Part shown: piece by piece, positions 53,867 through 63,324 of the stretch
How the letters are laid out: every line of letters begins with the position of its first letter
Position numbering within the stretch: the stretch's first letter is position 1
Source: a virus
Reading direction: 5' to 3' (one strand)
Length of the DNA: 64,000 nucleotides
Virus record (IMG/VR): IMGVR_UViG_3300030060_004613
Coordinates: 5,315-69,314 of that record
Position numbers and translations under genes: made by a program
The notes under the pieces: model-generated
The model's database searches: none
Told to the model about the DNA's origin: nothing
What the model saw: only the letters and a program-made list of their open reading frames with translations

Positions 53867-56431
53867 TTACCTCATTCCGTTCATAAGAGCTTCGTCTTGA
53901 GCAGGTTGTAAATACGGATCTGAATTAATCGCAGGAGGTTCAAGTCCCTGCTCCCGAGCAGCGATCCATCCTTCCATGTATTTTTTTGCACGCCGTCGAG
54001 CACTGTCTTGGTCTAAGCCCATACGCACTCCAAATTCAGTAGCCTCTTCATATTGCCTACGACGTGCTTTTCGTTCTCTCTCACGTCCGTATGCACCCAC
54101 TGTGCTTACAATCCCACGCCCCAAAGCAGCAGCACCCTCAGCGAGCACTTCTGGTCGAGACAGCATGCCTTGCTCTGCACGCTCTTGATAGTTGGGAGCA
54201 AAAGTTTCATAAGCAGCCTGAGGTAGACCCATAAGAGCGCCTGTGCCCTCTACAGCAGCAGCACCAGCGGCCATGACGCCAGCAGGCACGCTGCGCTCTT
54301 TCACGCTGTAGTAAACAAGCTCACCGGCTAATGCCACATTTCCAGCCGCACGCAATGCTGGAGCCGCCTTTAGGGCAAGTTCTCGAATGCGACTTAATTG
54401 CTTTGGAGCGATCCTTGCTTCAATCTCCGGGTCTGCAAGTAGGTCTCTTGCCTGCTCGGCAGTTGCAATAAACTTTGCAGACAAGGGCATTCCGCGACGA
54501 CCAGAACCTGGGTTTGGAGCATCCGTGGGGTCAAAACCTAATGCTCCAGTAGTCGAACCAAGCAGAGGTCTATCTACAGCCATTCTGACTTTGTCTGGTT
54601 CAAGTTCTGCTGCACTCCTCAATGCACCCTGTCCCGCTTCTGTTTGACCTTCGCTAAGTTGGGCACCAACACCCTGTGTGCGACGAGACTCTGATCCTGT
54701 TGGCAAGACATCAGAAGCTGTCGGTAAAGACTCGCCCTCTTCTGCTGCTTGTCTAAGCAACTGCATCCTCGAACGGGAGCCAGGGCGGCGCTCCATAGTT
54801 CTGGCACTACGCGAGGCCTCGTCAGCCTCAATCGCAATTTGTTCGAGTGGATCAAGTAGTTCGTAGTTTACGATTCTATCGTACTCACGTTGAGACATGC
54901 CTCGTTGTGCGCTTGCTTGGCCTCGACGCGCGTCTACATCATAGGTACTTAGGTATCGTTCAACTGGATTGAGGCGGTCCAGGCCCGGATTTCTTTGTTT
55001 AGCGATTTCATACGCCGACCGTTGGATTGGGTCATCAAAGGCAACAGAAAACTGTCGGCTAAGGTCCTGGGTAGTACCGGGAAACGCAGGCGTTCTGCCT
55101 TCCTTAATCATTTCGTCGTAAAAGTCCGCTTGTTCCCTCACACGTCGTCGATACTCCCCAGGAGTCATGTCATAGGCTCTGGCACCCGATTCCATGAGGT
55201 CGTCGTCTGCAAAAAGCCCTCGCATCAGCATGTCTTCGTCGGTCACAAAGTCTGCTTCAACATCGGTCGGTGTAAAGACGCGAAGCCCTGTCTCTGGATC
55301 TTGAGCACTAAACGCTCTTTGATCTGAGGTCGGGGACACCGTGAGGGACGTGGGGCGTCGGACGGTTTCACCGAACTCATCGGTGTATGTTCCCGACTGC
55401 AAGATTGGATCGGAAGACAACCCTTCGAGAGGAAGGCGTGGTTTAGAGCGTCCAAGGAACTCAGCGGTCTCTGGAAGCTCGCCTGCAATCTTGTAATCTT
55501 CAATCAACTGAGGGATTGATTTCCCAGAACGACGATTTTCTGGGGTTTCAATAAAGTCTAAAAAGCTATCCCTGGGAATGCCCTCGCTCTCCAACATAGC
55601 AGACAGACCCGTTCGGGCAGGAAATCCGGCTGCACGTTCAGCAGCCTCGCCTCGCATGACTTGACCCATTCGGCGTCGGGTCTCCTTCTCGCGATCAAAC
55701 ACTTCTTCTTCGATCAATGGCTCCCTGACAGTAGAGGCATACCTGTCTTCAAGTTCTGCACCAGCGCGAGCGCGTTCGCCCTGAGCCCTAAGGTATTCGT
55801 CCCGTAGGTTTCGTTGTGTGTTCTCAAGGCGTTTTTGAGCCTGTTCAAGATCGTACTCACGGTCTTCTGCAATATTCACGAAACCAAAACGACGGTTTGA
55901 TCTCTCAATCTCCAACTCCTCTCTAAGTTCTTGAACTCTTGCTGCTTGTTCGTCATGAAGCTCGAAAAGATTTTCAATCGAAGGGTCCCGCCGCATGGTC
56001 ATCATCAGTGTGTCATCGAATGCATCGATGAAAGCCTGGGGGTCCCCTTGAACCGTGGGTGTAGGATTCCGAACTGCTTCCCTGTACTCGGGTGGAACGT
56101 TTGCAAGCGGATCACGCACAGTTCCTGGCGGGCCAAAATCTTCAGGCAAGCCCGTTTCCATCGTGCGGGTCACTACAGGGTCCTCTAAGAAATCTGAGGG
56201 GTCGGGCCGCCTGCTTTCAACTGTGTCACCAAAGATGTCGGTCCTAGCCGGAACTTGGGTGTAGTAGTTCTCCAGGGCTCTGTCGAGAAGACGAATCTCC
56301 CCCCGCAGTTCGTTGTATGCACGACTGTCGGAAGCCGTAACTCTGAACTGTTCCTGCAAGTCTGCGAGTTCTTTCAGAGCTTGTTCCTCTGTAAGTTTGC
56401 GTCCGTAAACATCGACCATGTTGTCAGCCAT
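53867..56431 (-). CDS. large low-complexity hypothetical protein
   Basis: 854 aa, AGGAG RBS, hydrophobic Ala/Gly segment near the C-terminus. Confidence 0.75.
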   Translation of the reverse strand: MADNMVDVYGRKLTEEQALKELADLQEQFRVTASDSRAYNELRGEIRLLDRALENYYTQVPARTDIFGDTVESRRPDPSDFLEDPVVTRTMETGLPEDFGPPGTVRDPLANVPPEYREAVRNPTPTVQGDPQAFIDAFDDTLMMTMRRDPSIENLFELHDEQAARVQELREELEIERSNRRFGFVNIAEDREYDLEQAQKRLENTQRNLRDEYLRAQGERARAGAELEDRYASTVREPLIEEEVFDREKETRRRMGQVMRGEAAERAAGFPARTGLSAMLESEGIPRDSFLDFIETPENRRSGKSIPQLIEDYKIAGELPETAEFLGRSKPRLPLEGLSSDPILQSGTYTDEFGETVRRPTSLTVSPTSDQRAFSAQDPETGLRVFTPTDVEADFVTDEDMLMRGLFADDDLMESGARAYDMTPGEYRRRVREQADFYDEMIKEGRTPAFPGTTQDLSRQFSVAFDDPIQRSAYEIAKQRNPGLDRLNPVERYLSTYDVDARRGQASAQRGMSQREYDRIVNYELLDPLEQIAIEADEASRSARTMERRPGSRSRMQLLRQAAEEGESLPTASDVLPTGSESRRTQGVGAQLSEGQTEAGQGALRSAAELEPDKVRMAVDRPLLGSTTGALGFDPTDAPNPGSGRRGMPLSAKFIATAEQARDLLADPEIEARIAPKQLSRIRELALKAAPALRAAGNVALAGELVYYSVKERSVPAGVMAAGAAAVEGTGALMGLPQAAYETFAPNYQERAEQGMLSRPEVLAEGAAALGRGIVSTVGAYGRERERKARRRQYEEATEFGVRMGLDQDSARRRAKKYMEGWIAAREQGLEPPAINSDPYLQPAQDEALMNGMR

Positions 56432-56482
56432 TCTTGGCTCCTGTGGTTGTTTTTGTAGTAACTTGAATGTTCTTAGACAAAG

Positions 56483-57286
56483 CTATCGGCCTCCGGCCCG
56501 CATCATCTCTTGTGCCACTGAAAGATAGAAGTCCTCGTCCTCACCAGGGTATCGATCTCGCAGGAACTGCTGACGGCCCTCATACTGGCGCACACGCTCC
56601 TCTCGTTCCTTCGCACGCTGGGCAGCGGGGGTCAGCCCCCCAATCGCTTGACCGGCTTCAAATGCACCGTATAGAGCACCGGCAGGCCCAAGCCTACGAA
56701 GCCCAAAATCTACCGCTCGCTCGACGCCCTGTCCGGCTCTACGAGCGATGCGCTCGGAGGTTCCAACACGGCCCGTTGCTTCTAAGCCCTGGTACATGGT
56801 CTCAAAGGTCTTAGCCAACTGTCGGACGTCTCTGTGTTGTGCGCCCTTGGTTCGAGCCCTCATGCGGTCGAACTCTTTGCGGGACTGATGGCGCTCATCT
56901 GTCTCTGGAAAAGGTTTTACTCGACGCGCAGAGTCCTCAACAAACCGTCGAGTTCTTTCGAAGTCCCTCGTTTCTGGACTCTGGTCAAAGTATCGACCGG
57001 GGCTTGGCTTGTTTTTGTAATCAGCCCGTAGCTCTCGGTTGAACTCAGGCGTTAAATCAGCGCGAGGTGTCGTGCCTTCAGCGGGTGTAAAGGTCTCGAC
57101 AGCAGGAGTAGCGGTGGACATTGGTGCTGGAGAAGACGACATCGTTCGATAACGAGCGGGAACGGGGGTCATTCGGCCCAACAAATCATCGTCGTCTTCG
57201 TCTTCTTCACCCTCTTCTCGGTCTTCAGGGTCTCGGAGACCACCAAGGAAATATCTACGATAGAACTCTGTTTCTCGATCTGCCAT
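56483..57286 (-). CDS. hypothetical protein
   Basis: AGGAG RBS; C-terminal LGPAGALYGAFEAGQAIGG. Confidence 0.7.
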   Translation of the reverse strand: MADRETEFYRRYFLGGLRDPEDREEGEEDEDDDDLLGRMTPVPARYRTMSSSPAPMSTATPAVETFTPAEGTTPRADLTPEFNRELRADYKNKPSPGRYFDQSPETRDFERTRRFVEDSARRVKPFPETDERHQSRKEFDRMRARTKGAQHRDVRQLAKTFETMYQGLEATGRVGTSERIARRAGQGVERAVDFGLRRLGPAGALYGAFEAGQAIGGLTPAAQRAKEREERVRQYEGRQQFLRDRYPGEDEDFYLSVAQEMMRAGGR

Positions 57287-57313
57287 CAAAAACTCCTGGA
57301 CTTTCAGAAGTTA

Positions 57314-58855
57314 TCACACTCCGAACGGGTGAGGCAGTGCCTTTCTTTTCCTCCTGAATGGGAACGCTCCTACGCCCACGGGGCGTGGCAAGTTTTTAGC
57401 GTTCCATGTTGCCAGAGCCAGCGCATCGGCAAGGTCATCGTGGTATCCGTCGCGGCCTTCAATCTTGCCGCCCTCTTCTCGGATGTGCATCAACTGTTGA
57501 ACCGTAGGCAAATCGTTCAGTGTAAGGCCGTCTCCATCCACTAAATACCTTAAATGACTATAGACTTGGGTCTTCTTGCCTACTGAAGACCGTCCTCCGG
57601 TCATCTTAAAGTGGTCGCCGGTTTGAGGATCAAACCAAAGTGGAACTCCCATTTCCCGCAGCTTGGCGATAACTACAGGCCCTCCTCCTCCCGTGTTCCA
57701 CTCACACAGAACTCTCGCACGGTTGTAGAAGTAGGACAACTCGCCAAGTCGCATCGCAAAGTCTTCGGGAGTCCTTACGTTCGTCGTAAACGTCGCAACC
57801 TGCTCTCCGTCTTCGCTCAACACCTGCGCTACTGCGTAATCGTTGCCCGTTCCCCAGCTTGGGTCTGCTCCAATCGCGTAAGCAACTCCGGCTTCTGGCT
57901 GTTTGAAGACTCGCACTTCTTTAGAGTTATCAGGAGGCCTGAGCGTACAGATGACTTCGTTGAGATAGGTAACGTCGAACCATGAGCCCGCCGTTTCCAT
58001 AAAGCCCTCTTCGACCGTAAGAGGGTATTCTTTGCGGAACCTGTCAGCGCCAATGCCGTCCGCACCCGAGATTTTTTGATTCCTCCAGTACAACTGGCAG
58101 ATGTTGAGGTCGTGAAGTTCTTTGAGGTCCCACTCTTCTTGTGTGGGCTCCCAGTCGGGTGGCGGTTTAAGGCTGTACGCATGATGATCAGCCCAACGAA
58201 AGAACCGAAAGCAAGCATTTGGGTCATTCTGGGCATCCAACACCTTCCTGTGAAATAAATTTCCGGGTCCATTCGGCGTAGACGTGACAAAGATGCTCTT
58301 ATGTGGACCGTCATGGAGCGTAGATGTCACTGAGGCCCACACGTCATCGGCGTTCGGCCAGAAGGCTACCTCGTCTGCGTGCAGCCGCTGAAAGGTAAAT
58401 GAACGACCGTGCCCTCGACCACCAGCAGTCAGGCATCGGAACATCACTCCCGTGTCGGAGAACTCCATCTCCTTTCGGTTCGAGCGTGCCATCGGTCTCT
58501 TCATCACGTTCGGAAGACTGTCGTGGAAATACTTCAGCCTTCGGAAGATAGAATCCGTCGCATCGTGGTCGTTTGCAACAATTAAAGTTCGTACAGGGTC
58601 GGACGCCCAGTACCCATAAGTAAAGTTCCAGGCACAACCTACTGTCGTGTCACCAATCTGACGTGGCTTGCAGTGAACAATCGTCTGGTGACCAGAGATA
58701 AAGTCAGCCAACGCAATCTGTTGCTCTAAGAATGGCTCGTTGAAGAAACGCTCCATACCCTTGTTGTCGATAATCTTCAGACGGCTGATAAACTCAACAG
58801 GGTCGTTCCCCAAAGCCATCAGGCGATTCACCATCGCGGTGGATACACCCTTCAC
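57314..58855 (-). CDS. terL: terminase large subunit
   Basis: KPRQIGDTT Walker A, LHADEVAFW Walker B, TSTPNG, IGADPSWG, HDDLADALALA; GTGA overlap with terS. Confidence 0.93.
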   Translation of the reverse strand: MKGVSTAMVNRLMALGNDPVEFISRLKIIDNKGMERFFNEPFLEQQIALADFISGHQTIVHCKPRQIGDTTVGCAWNFTYGYWASDPVRTLIVANDHDATDSIFRRLKYFHDSLPNVMKRPMARSNRKEMEFSDTGVMFRCLTAGGRGHGRSFTFQRLHADEVAFWPNADDVWASVTSTLHDGPHKSIFVTSTPNGPGNLFHRKVLDAQNDPNACFRFFRWADHHAYSLKPPPDWEPTQEEWDLKELHDLNICQLYWRNQKISGADGIGADRFRKEYPLTVEEGFMETAGSWFDVTYLNEVICTLRPPDNSKEVRVFKQPEAGVAYAIGADPSWGTGNDYAVAQVLSEDGEQVATFTTNVRTPEDFAMRLGELSYFYNRARVLCEWNTGGGGPVVIAKLREMGVPLWFDPQTGDHFKMTGGRSSVGKKTQVYSHLRYLVDGDGLTLNDLPTVQQLMHIREEGGKIEGRDGYHDDLADALALATWNAKNLPRPVGVGAFPFRRKRKALPHPFGV

Positions 58856-59406
58856 TTCAGCTTCCTCACTGAGGTCCAACCGGATGAACCAGAGTTCACC
58901 TGGAGCCACTCGACAATCTCGGTGTTCGTCTCCGCTTCTTCGGCAGGTCGGTCGGTCTTACCAGTAATCTTCGCGTACAGATCCATGACCTTCGTGTCCC
59001 CTTCACGCATCATTGTACGCATTTGGTCCCAAAATAGCGCATCTAAGCCCTCAATATCCTCTTTTGACATCGTTCTGGGCAGTGGAAAACCACCGTAAAA
59101 CCACCCATTAAAGCCCTGAATCTCGACCCATTTGCCCCATTCTTTTGCGGTAAATGGCTCTTTCTTGAATAAATCATGGGTTCTCGATGACTTGATCCAG
59201 TCTCTCAAGTACCCCAAACCCTGATCCTCGCACTCAATAGCAACTGCTTGCATCATCTCCATGCGTTTTGTAGGAACGAAGCCTACAACTTGGGCAACTT
59301 CCTGTCGGATGACCTCATTCGGCTCGGATTTCACGAGTTGACCGTTCATCAGGGCAGAAAGCGCTTCCTCTTCCAACGCGAGAGGTTTGTCTTTGACTTC
59401 TTCCAT
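58852..59406 (-). CDS. putative terminase small subunit
   Basis: Directly upstream of and coupled to terL; GDTKVMDLYAKITG. Confidence 0.55.
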   Translation of the reverse strand: MEEVKDKPLALEEEALSALMNGQLVKSEPNEVIRQEVAQVVGFVPTKRMEMMQAVAIECEDQGLGYLRDWIKSSRTHDLFKKEPFTAKEWGKWVEIQGFNGWFYGGFPLPRTMSKEDIEGLDALFWDQMRTMMREGDTKVMDLYAKITGKTDRPAEEAETNTEIVEWLQVNSGSSGWTSVRKLK

Positions 59407-59495
59407 GCGTACAAGCTACTCCAAATGTCACGATTTGTCACGCGGTGGGTGCAACCTTTGCGCCGTGTGATAGCTTTTCAGCGGAGGTAACAACC

Positions 59496-59912
59496 ATGTT
59501 CAACAAAATCTTTCTTCTCGGTAACCTCGGTGCCGATCCCGAACTCAAAACTGGCAAGAGCGGCAAGTCATACTGTCGGTTCTCTATCGCTACCACGTCT
59601 GTCGTCGGTGGTGAAAAGAAGACCGAGTGGTTCAGATGCACTGCTTTCGGCAGAACTGGCGATGCTCTCGCTAAGTATTGCTCTAAAGGACAGACGGTCT
59701 TCGTAGAAGGTCGGGTCGAAGAGCAGAAGTACACTGACAAGAACGGCAACCCTCGGTCAAACTCGATGGTCATCGCTCTCAGCGTACAGTTCTTAGCTAA
59801 AAACACCAGCCAAGGCTCTTCTCAAGGAAACTCCTACAAGAAGCCACAAGCTTCGTACAAACCCGAATCTGTTAATGTAGGTGACGATTGGGACGAAGAA
59901 GTTCCGTTCTAA
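59496..59912 (+). CDS. ssb: single-stranded DNA-binding protein
   Basis: NKIFLLGNLGADPE, TEWFRC, KGQTVFVEGR, C-terminal DEEVPF; GGAGG RBS. Confidence 0.96.
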   Translation: MFNKIFLLGNLGADPELKTGKSGKSYCRFSIATTSVVGGEKKTEWFRCTAFGRTGDALAKYCSKGQTVFVEGRVEEQKYTDKNGNPRSNSMVIALSVQFLAKNTSQGSSQGNSYKKPQASYKPESVNVGDDWDEEVPF

Positions 59913-59921
59913 GGAGAACCA

Positions 59922-60572
59922 ATGCCAACCGCTAAGAAACCAGCCAAGAAACCAGCCGCTAAACCAAAAGCTAAAGCCAAAGCACCCGCAAAGGCCAAAG
60001 CAAAGGCTCCTGCTAAGTCAAAGGCTAAAGCCGCTCCAAAGAAAGCGGAGAAGTCTCCAGCTTGGAAAGCAATTCACTCGTCAGAGAATGACACTTGGCG
60101 CACGCCAAAGCCTCTGTTCGACCGTCTCGACCGTGAGTTCGGCTTCGGACTCGATGCTGCTGCTCTCAAGCACACTGCTCTCGTCGAGAAATACTTCGGT
60201 CCAGATCATAGCGATGCGTCACGACAAGACGCTCTTTCGGTCGATTGGGACGCTGATGTCGTCTATTGCAATCCTCCTTATGGTCGCAAAGTCGGTGACT
60301 GGGTCAAGAAAGGTTGGCAAGAGTCACTCAAGGGCAAAACGGTTGTCATGCTTGTCATGGCTTGCACCGATACCATTTGGTGGCACGATTGGGCTTGGCG
60401 TGCCGATCAAATCAGATTGATGAAGGGTCGTGTGCCTTTCCGTCGTGAAGATGGGTCGAAAGCATCAAGCGCTCCCAAAGGTTCTGCAATCCTGGTGTTC
60501 AGCCCTAAGTATGCAAAGAAGGGCAAGCAGTACATCTCTTGGATCTTCGATCGATACGATGACGTGGATTAG
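59922..60572 (+). CDS. phage N6-adenine DNA methyltransferase with Lys/Ala-rich N-terminal tail
   Basis: DTWRTP, FGLDAAA, YCNPPYG, TDTIWWHD, KGRVPF. Confidence 0.9.
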   Translation: MPTAKKPAKKPAAKPKAKAKAPAKAKAKAPAKSKAKAAPKKAEKSPAWKAIHSSENDTWRTPKPLFDRLDREFGFGLDAAALKHTALVEKYFGPDHSDASRQDALSVDWDADVVYCNPPYGRKVGDWVKKGWQESLKGKTVVMLVMACTDTIWWHDWAWRADQIRLMKGRVPFRREDGSKASSAPKGSAILVFSPKYAKKGKQYISWIFDRYDDVD

Positions 60573-60741
60573 TTTCGACGTGTCTGCATGTGGAATAGAA
60601 GGTTGCACTCGGTCGGCTCATGTCGTCATTGAAATCAATGGCAAATGGATTGCCGTGTGTGCCTTCCACAATGCACCTGAGCACTGGGAACTCGATGATG
60701 ACTTCGATGTCGATACTGGCAACATCGATGAGGAAGAATGA
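60559..60741 (+). CDS. small zinc-finger protein
   Basis: CGIEGC...VCAFH; acidic tail. Confidence 0.55.
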   Translation: MTWISFDVSACGIEGCTRSAHVVIEINGKWIAVCAFHNAPEHWELDDDFDVDTGNIDEEE

Positions 60742-60998
60742 GTTATTCTTTGAGCACTACTATGCGCTCGAAGCCTCAACTCAACATCTACACGTTCACA
60801 CTCACAATGAGTGTCGAATCGTCGTCTGTTGATGACGCATTTGCAACCGTGCTCGATGAACTCATTGAGTCACCAGAGAACGTGATTGACGATGTAACCT
60901 ATGAGGTTCGACCATCTCTGGTCGTCGTCAATGTAGACAAGCTTGGACTGAACCAAGACACAGAGGTTGTTTGGACCTCTGATAACGCCGAATCATAA
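60738..60998 (+). CDS. hypothetical protein
   Basis: ATGA coupling; GAGG RBS. Confidence 0.6.
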   Translation: MSYSLSTTMRSKPQLNIYTFTLTMSVESSSVDDAFATVLDELIESPENVIDDVTYEVRPSLVVVNVDKLGLNQDTEVVWTSDNAES

Positions 60999-61015
60999 CT
61001 ACAAAAGGAGATGTC

Positions 61016-61108
61016 ATGTACGGTGGATACGGAAAGAAAGGTGGAAAGAAAGCACCAGCTAAGAAGAAGATGACCTACTCTTCTGGAAAGAAAGGCAAGA
61101 AGCGATGA
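61016..61108 (+). CDS. 30-aa Lys/Gly-rich microprotein
   Basis: Manual translation MYGGYGKKGGKKAPAKKKMTYSSGKKGKKR; AAGGAG RBS; ATGA overlap with the next gene. Confidence 0.7.
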   Translation: MYGGYGKKGGKKAPAKKKMTYSSGKKGKKR

Positions 61109-61329
61109 GGGTAACTGAAGACGATGCTGTGCATTTAGGCTCATCCTTCTTCCTCAAAGAACGCGAAGACGGCACATTCGTTTTGTTGGACGAAGAAGAC
61201 GTGGTCTGTGAAGGTGAGAACATCGAAGATACGCTTGAAGCGTTTCACATGATGCTGGAACTGAAGCTGTGCTACGCAACGATGGCTTGGATGCAAGCTT
61301 GTCTTCCCAAAGAAGGACTCAGAGCATGA
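61105..61329 (+). CDS. small acidic hypothetical protein
   Basis: Coupled by ATGA overlaps on both sides. Confidence 0.6.
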   Translation: MRVTEDDAVHLGSSFFLKEREDGTFVLLDEEDVVCEGENIEDTLEAFHMMLELKLCYATMAWMQACLPKEGLRA

Positions 61330-61508
61330 AGTCCACAACAACAAACGTTGCAGCCACCACGCTGCAAAACCTGCAACAGCTTGACGAGAACGTCTTGTCC
61401 GACCTCCGTAGCAAGCTGGCATCTCTCGATGATTCGGATTTTGACCGGGTCATCGTAGAGTTGCGGGTCAAACAGGTCAGAGATGAAGAAACGCCCAAAG
61501 GTTCGTAA
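61326..61508 (+). CDS. hypothetical protein
   Basis: ATG at 61326; AAGGA RBS. Confidence 0.55.
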   Translation: MKSTTTNVAATTLQNLQQLDENVLSDLRSKLASLDDSDFDRVIVELRVKQVRDEETPKGS

Positions 61509-62358
61509 GTGGGCAAAGGAATTCTCTAACGAAAGGACACGTCATGATCGTCCGTACATCGATTGGGTTTGTGCGGACCATCATGATGTCATCCATGCTT
61601 TCTTCGATAGGCTTGAGGACAAGTCCAACAACAAAGACTTCGCATGGATGCTTGGTATGTGGCCTGACGCTAAGCTTGCTCGTCAGTTTGGGCTGACAGT
61701 CCATGATGTGGTCAAAGCAAGACGTATGATTGGCGCTCCTGCAATGACTACTGCCACAGAGCGCTATGTGGAGAAAATCGTAGGTCCTATGGTGCGACTC
61801 TTGGCCAGAGAAGGCGAAATGGACAAAGCCTACAATCTTCGTCGATGGGCTGTCGGCTTGAGACCAATACAGGCCAAACGCTGCCGTTGGCGTTCTGTAG
61901 GAACAGCATGGTGGCAGATCTCCGACAACGACCCAATGGATTACCGCGAATCTAAGCGTCTACAGGGCAAGAGTTGTGGTACTTGCCGATATTGGCGTGG
62001 CTTGGACTCTCTGATGGACAAAGAGAACAAGCTGCACACAGGTGCATGGTGCGTAAGCCGTGACAGCGTCAGGAACACGATTGGCCGTGATTGGCTGGTA
62101 AAGCATGGTGGAACAGTCGGTAGAATGGCTCATCCGTGGTTCACCAACTGTCCTGCATGGAAGCCTTTGGACTTTAAGCTGAGAAGGCGCACACACAAGC
62201 CTCGATTCAAAGGCGACAACTCTGTGAGATGGGTATCGACAGTGACACATGCTCACTACTCTCCACAACCACTTCCGCCGATGGACTTTGGCCTACAGAT
62301 AGTGAAGATGCCTGAGTGGCTTGCACTGATGGATGAGATGCGCCGTAACGAGTCATAG
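61483..62358 (+). CDS. hypothetical protein with HTH-like and Cys-rich motifs
   Basis: LGMWPDAKLARQFG; CGTCRYW...GAWC...CPAW. Confidence 0.65.
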   Translation: MKKRPKVRKWAKEFSNERTRHDRPYIDWVCADHHDVIHAFFDRLEDKSNNKDFAWMLGMWPDAKLARQFGLTVHDVVKARRMIGAPAMTTATERYVEKIVGPMVRLLAREGEMDKAYNLRRWAVGLRPIQAKRCRWRSVGTAWWQISDNDPMDYRESKRLQGKSCGTCRYWRGLDSLMDKENKLHTGAWCVSRDSVRNTIGRDWLVKHGGTVGRMAHPWFTNCPAWKPLDFKLRRRTHKPRFKGDNSVRWVSTVTHAHYSPQPLPPMDFGLQIVKMPEWLALMDEMRRNES

Positions 62359-62494
62359 TCTCTATATATCGTTGGAACCCCCCCTACCGGCCATCGCGCG
62401 AATCATCATTGGACCCCCCCCAGGGCCACCTCTCGCGAGCATCTCCAACCACCCCCCGTAGGGGGGTGCCCCGTCGCAGCCAATCCGGGTTCCG

Positions 62495-62905
62495 TCAGTC
62501 CAGCGTCACCCCCTCCTGCCGAGGGGCTACCCTGTTTCGCAGTCCAGCCACCAGGCGGCGACCAGCCCCGGCCAGCCGACCGGCCAGGGTTCGAACCGCA
62601 GCAGCAGCGGAGCGGGTAGCAGCGGCGACCAGGGCAACAGCCCCAGCAGTAGCAACAGCAACACCCCCACCGAGGGGGCCAGCAGCAGCAGTATCAATAG
62701 CCTCCACCAGGGGGGCCTCCACCTCGACCACCTCCACCTCAGTAGAGAGGGGGGTGGTCTGGGGAACGAACAAGACCTGACCAGCCACAGCACGACGGAG
62801 CGGGGCAGCCTTGGACCAGGCGACGAATCGTCCAGTCTTGGCACACCGAGCCCGCTGCCGAGAAGACCCGGCGTCGAGAGCAGCAAAGGCAAGAATCAAG
62901 TTCAT
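62495..62905 (-). CDS. GC-rich orphan ORF
   Basis: 136 aa; RARCAKTGRFV motif and hydrophobic Ala-rich segment; composition differs from the rest of the genome. Confidence 0.45.
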   Translation of the reverse strand: MNLILAFAALDAGSSRQRARCAKTGRFVAWSKAAPLRRAVAGQVLFVPQTTPLSTEVEVVEVEAPLVEAIDTAAAGPLGGGVAVATAGAVALVAAATRSAAAAVRTLAGRLAGAGRRLVAGLRNRVAPRQEGVTLD

Positions 62906-63131
62906 GACACCCTAATAACCAGTCCACAGTGTAGTGCAACAAAATACACCAACCAAAATGCTAAACGATGGACAGAGAGCCTGACCCCAAAAAAAAATAA
63001 AAAAGAATGCATTTTATTTTTTCAATGATTCTAAGGGTTTAGATGACCACCATGCTCGCAGTCTATCGATTAGACGGTGTATGACAGCCGGTTACTTACC
63101 CCTTGTCAGTCAGGGAACACCCCAACCGACA

Positions 63132-63144
63132 CGCTCTTTCACAT
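63132..63144 (+). promoter_or_regulatory. boxA-like antitermination site 1
   Basis: CGCTCTTTCACAT versus rrn boxA TGCTCTTTAACA. Confidence 0.6.
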
Positions 63145-63311
63145 CATCACATGAGTCTGACCCCAGCCGGTTCCCCACCTCCCCATGGAGGCGCAGGACA
63201 GGTAGCCTACCAGGCGGCACCCCTTCTTATAGGACAGTGCTTGGGAACAGACCCCAACCTGGGGGGCTCGCAAACACCGCGACGAACCAGGCCCCTACGG
63301 GGGGATGATGA

Positions 63312-63324
63312 CGATCTTTGACAT
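63312..63324 (+). promoter_or_regulatory. boxA-like antitermination site 2
   Basis: CGATCTTTGACAT, preceded by a CCCC-TACG-GGGG hairpin. Confidence 0.55.

Noticed and set aside
21467-58967. Many + strand ORFs opposite the late genes
   Set aside because: Antisense shadows of long coding frames, with no RBS or motifs
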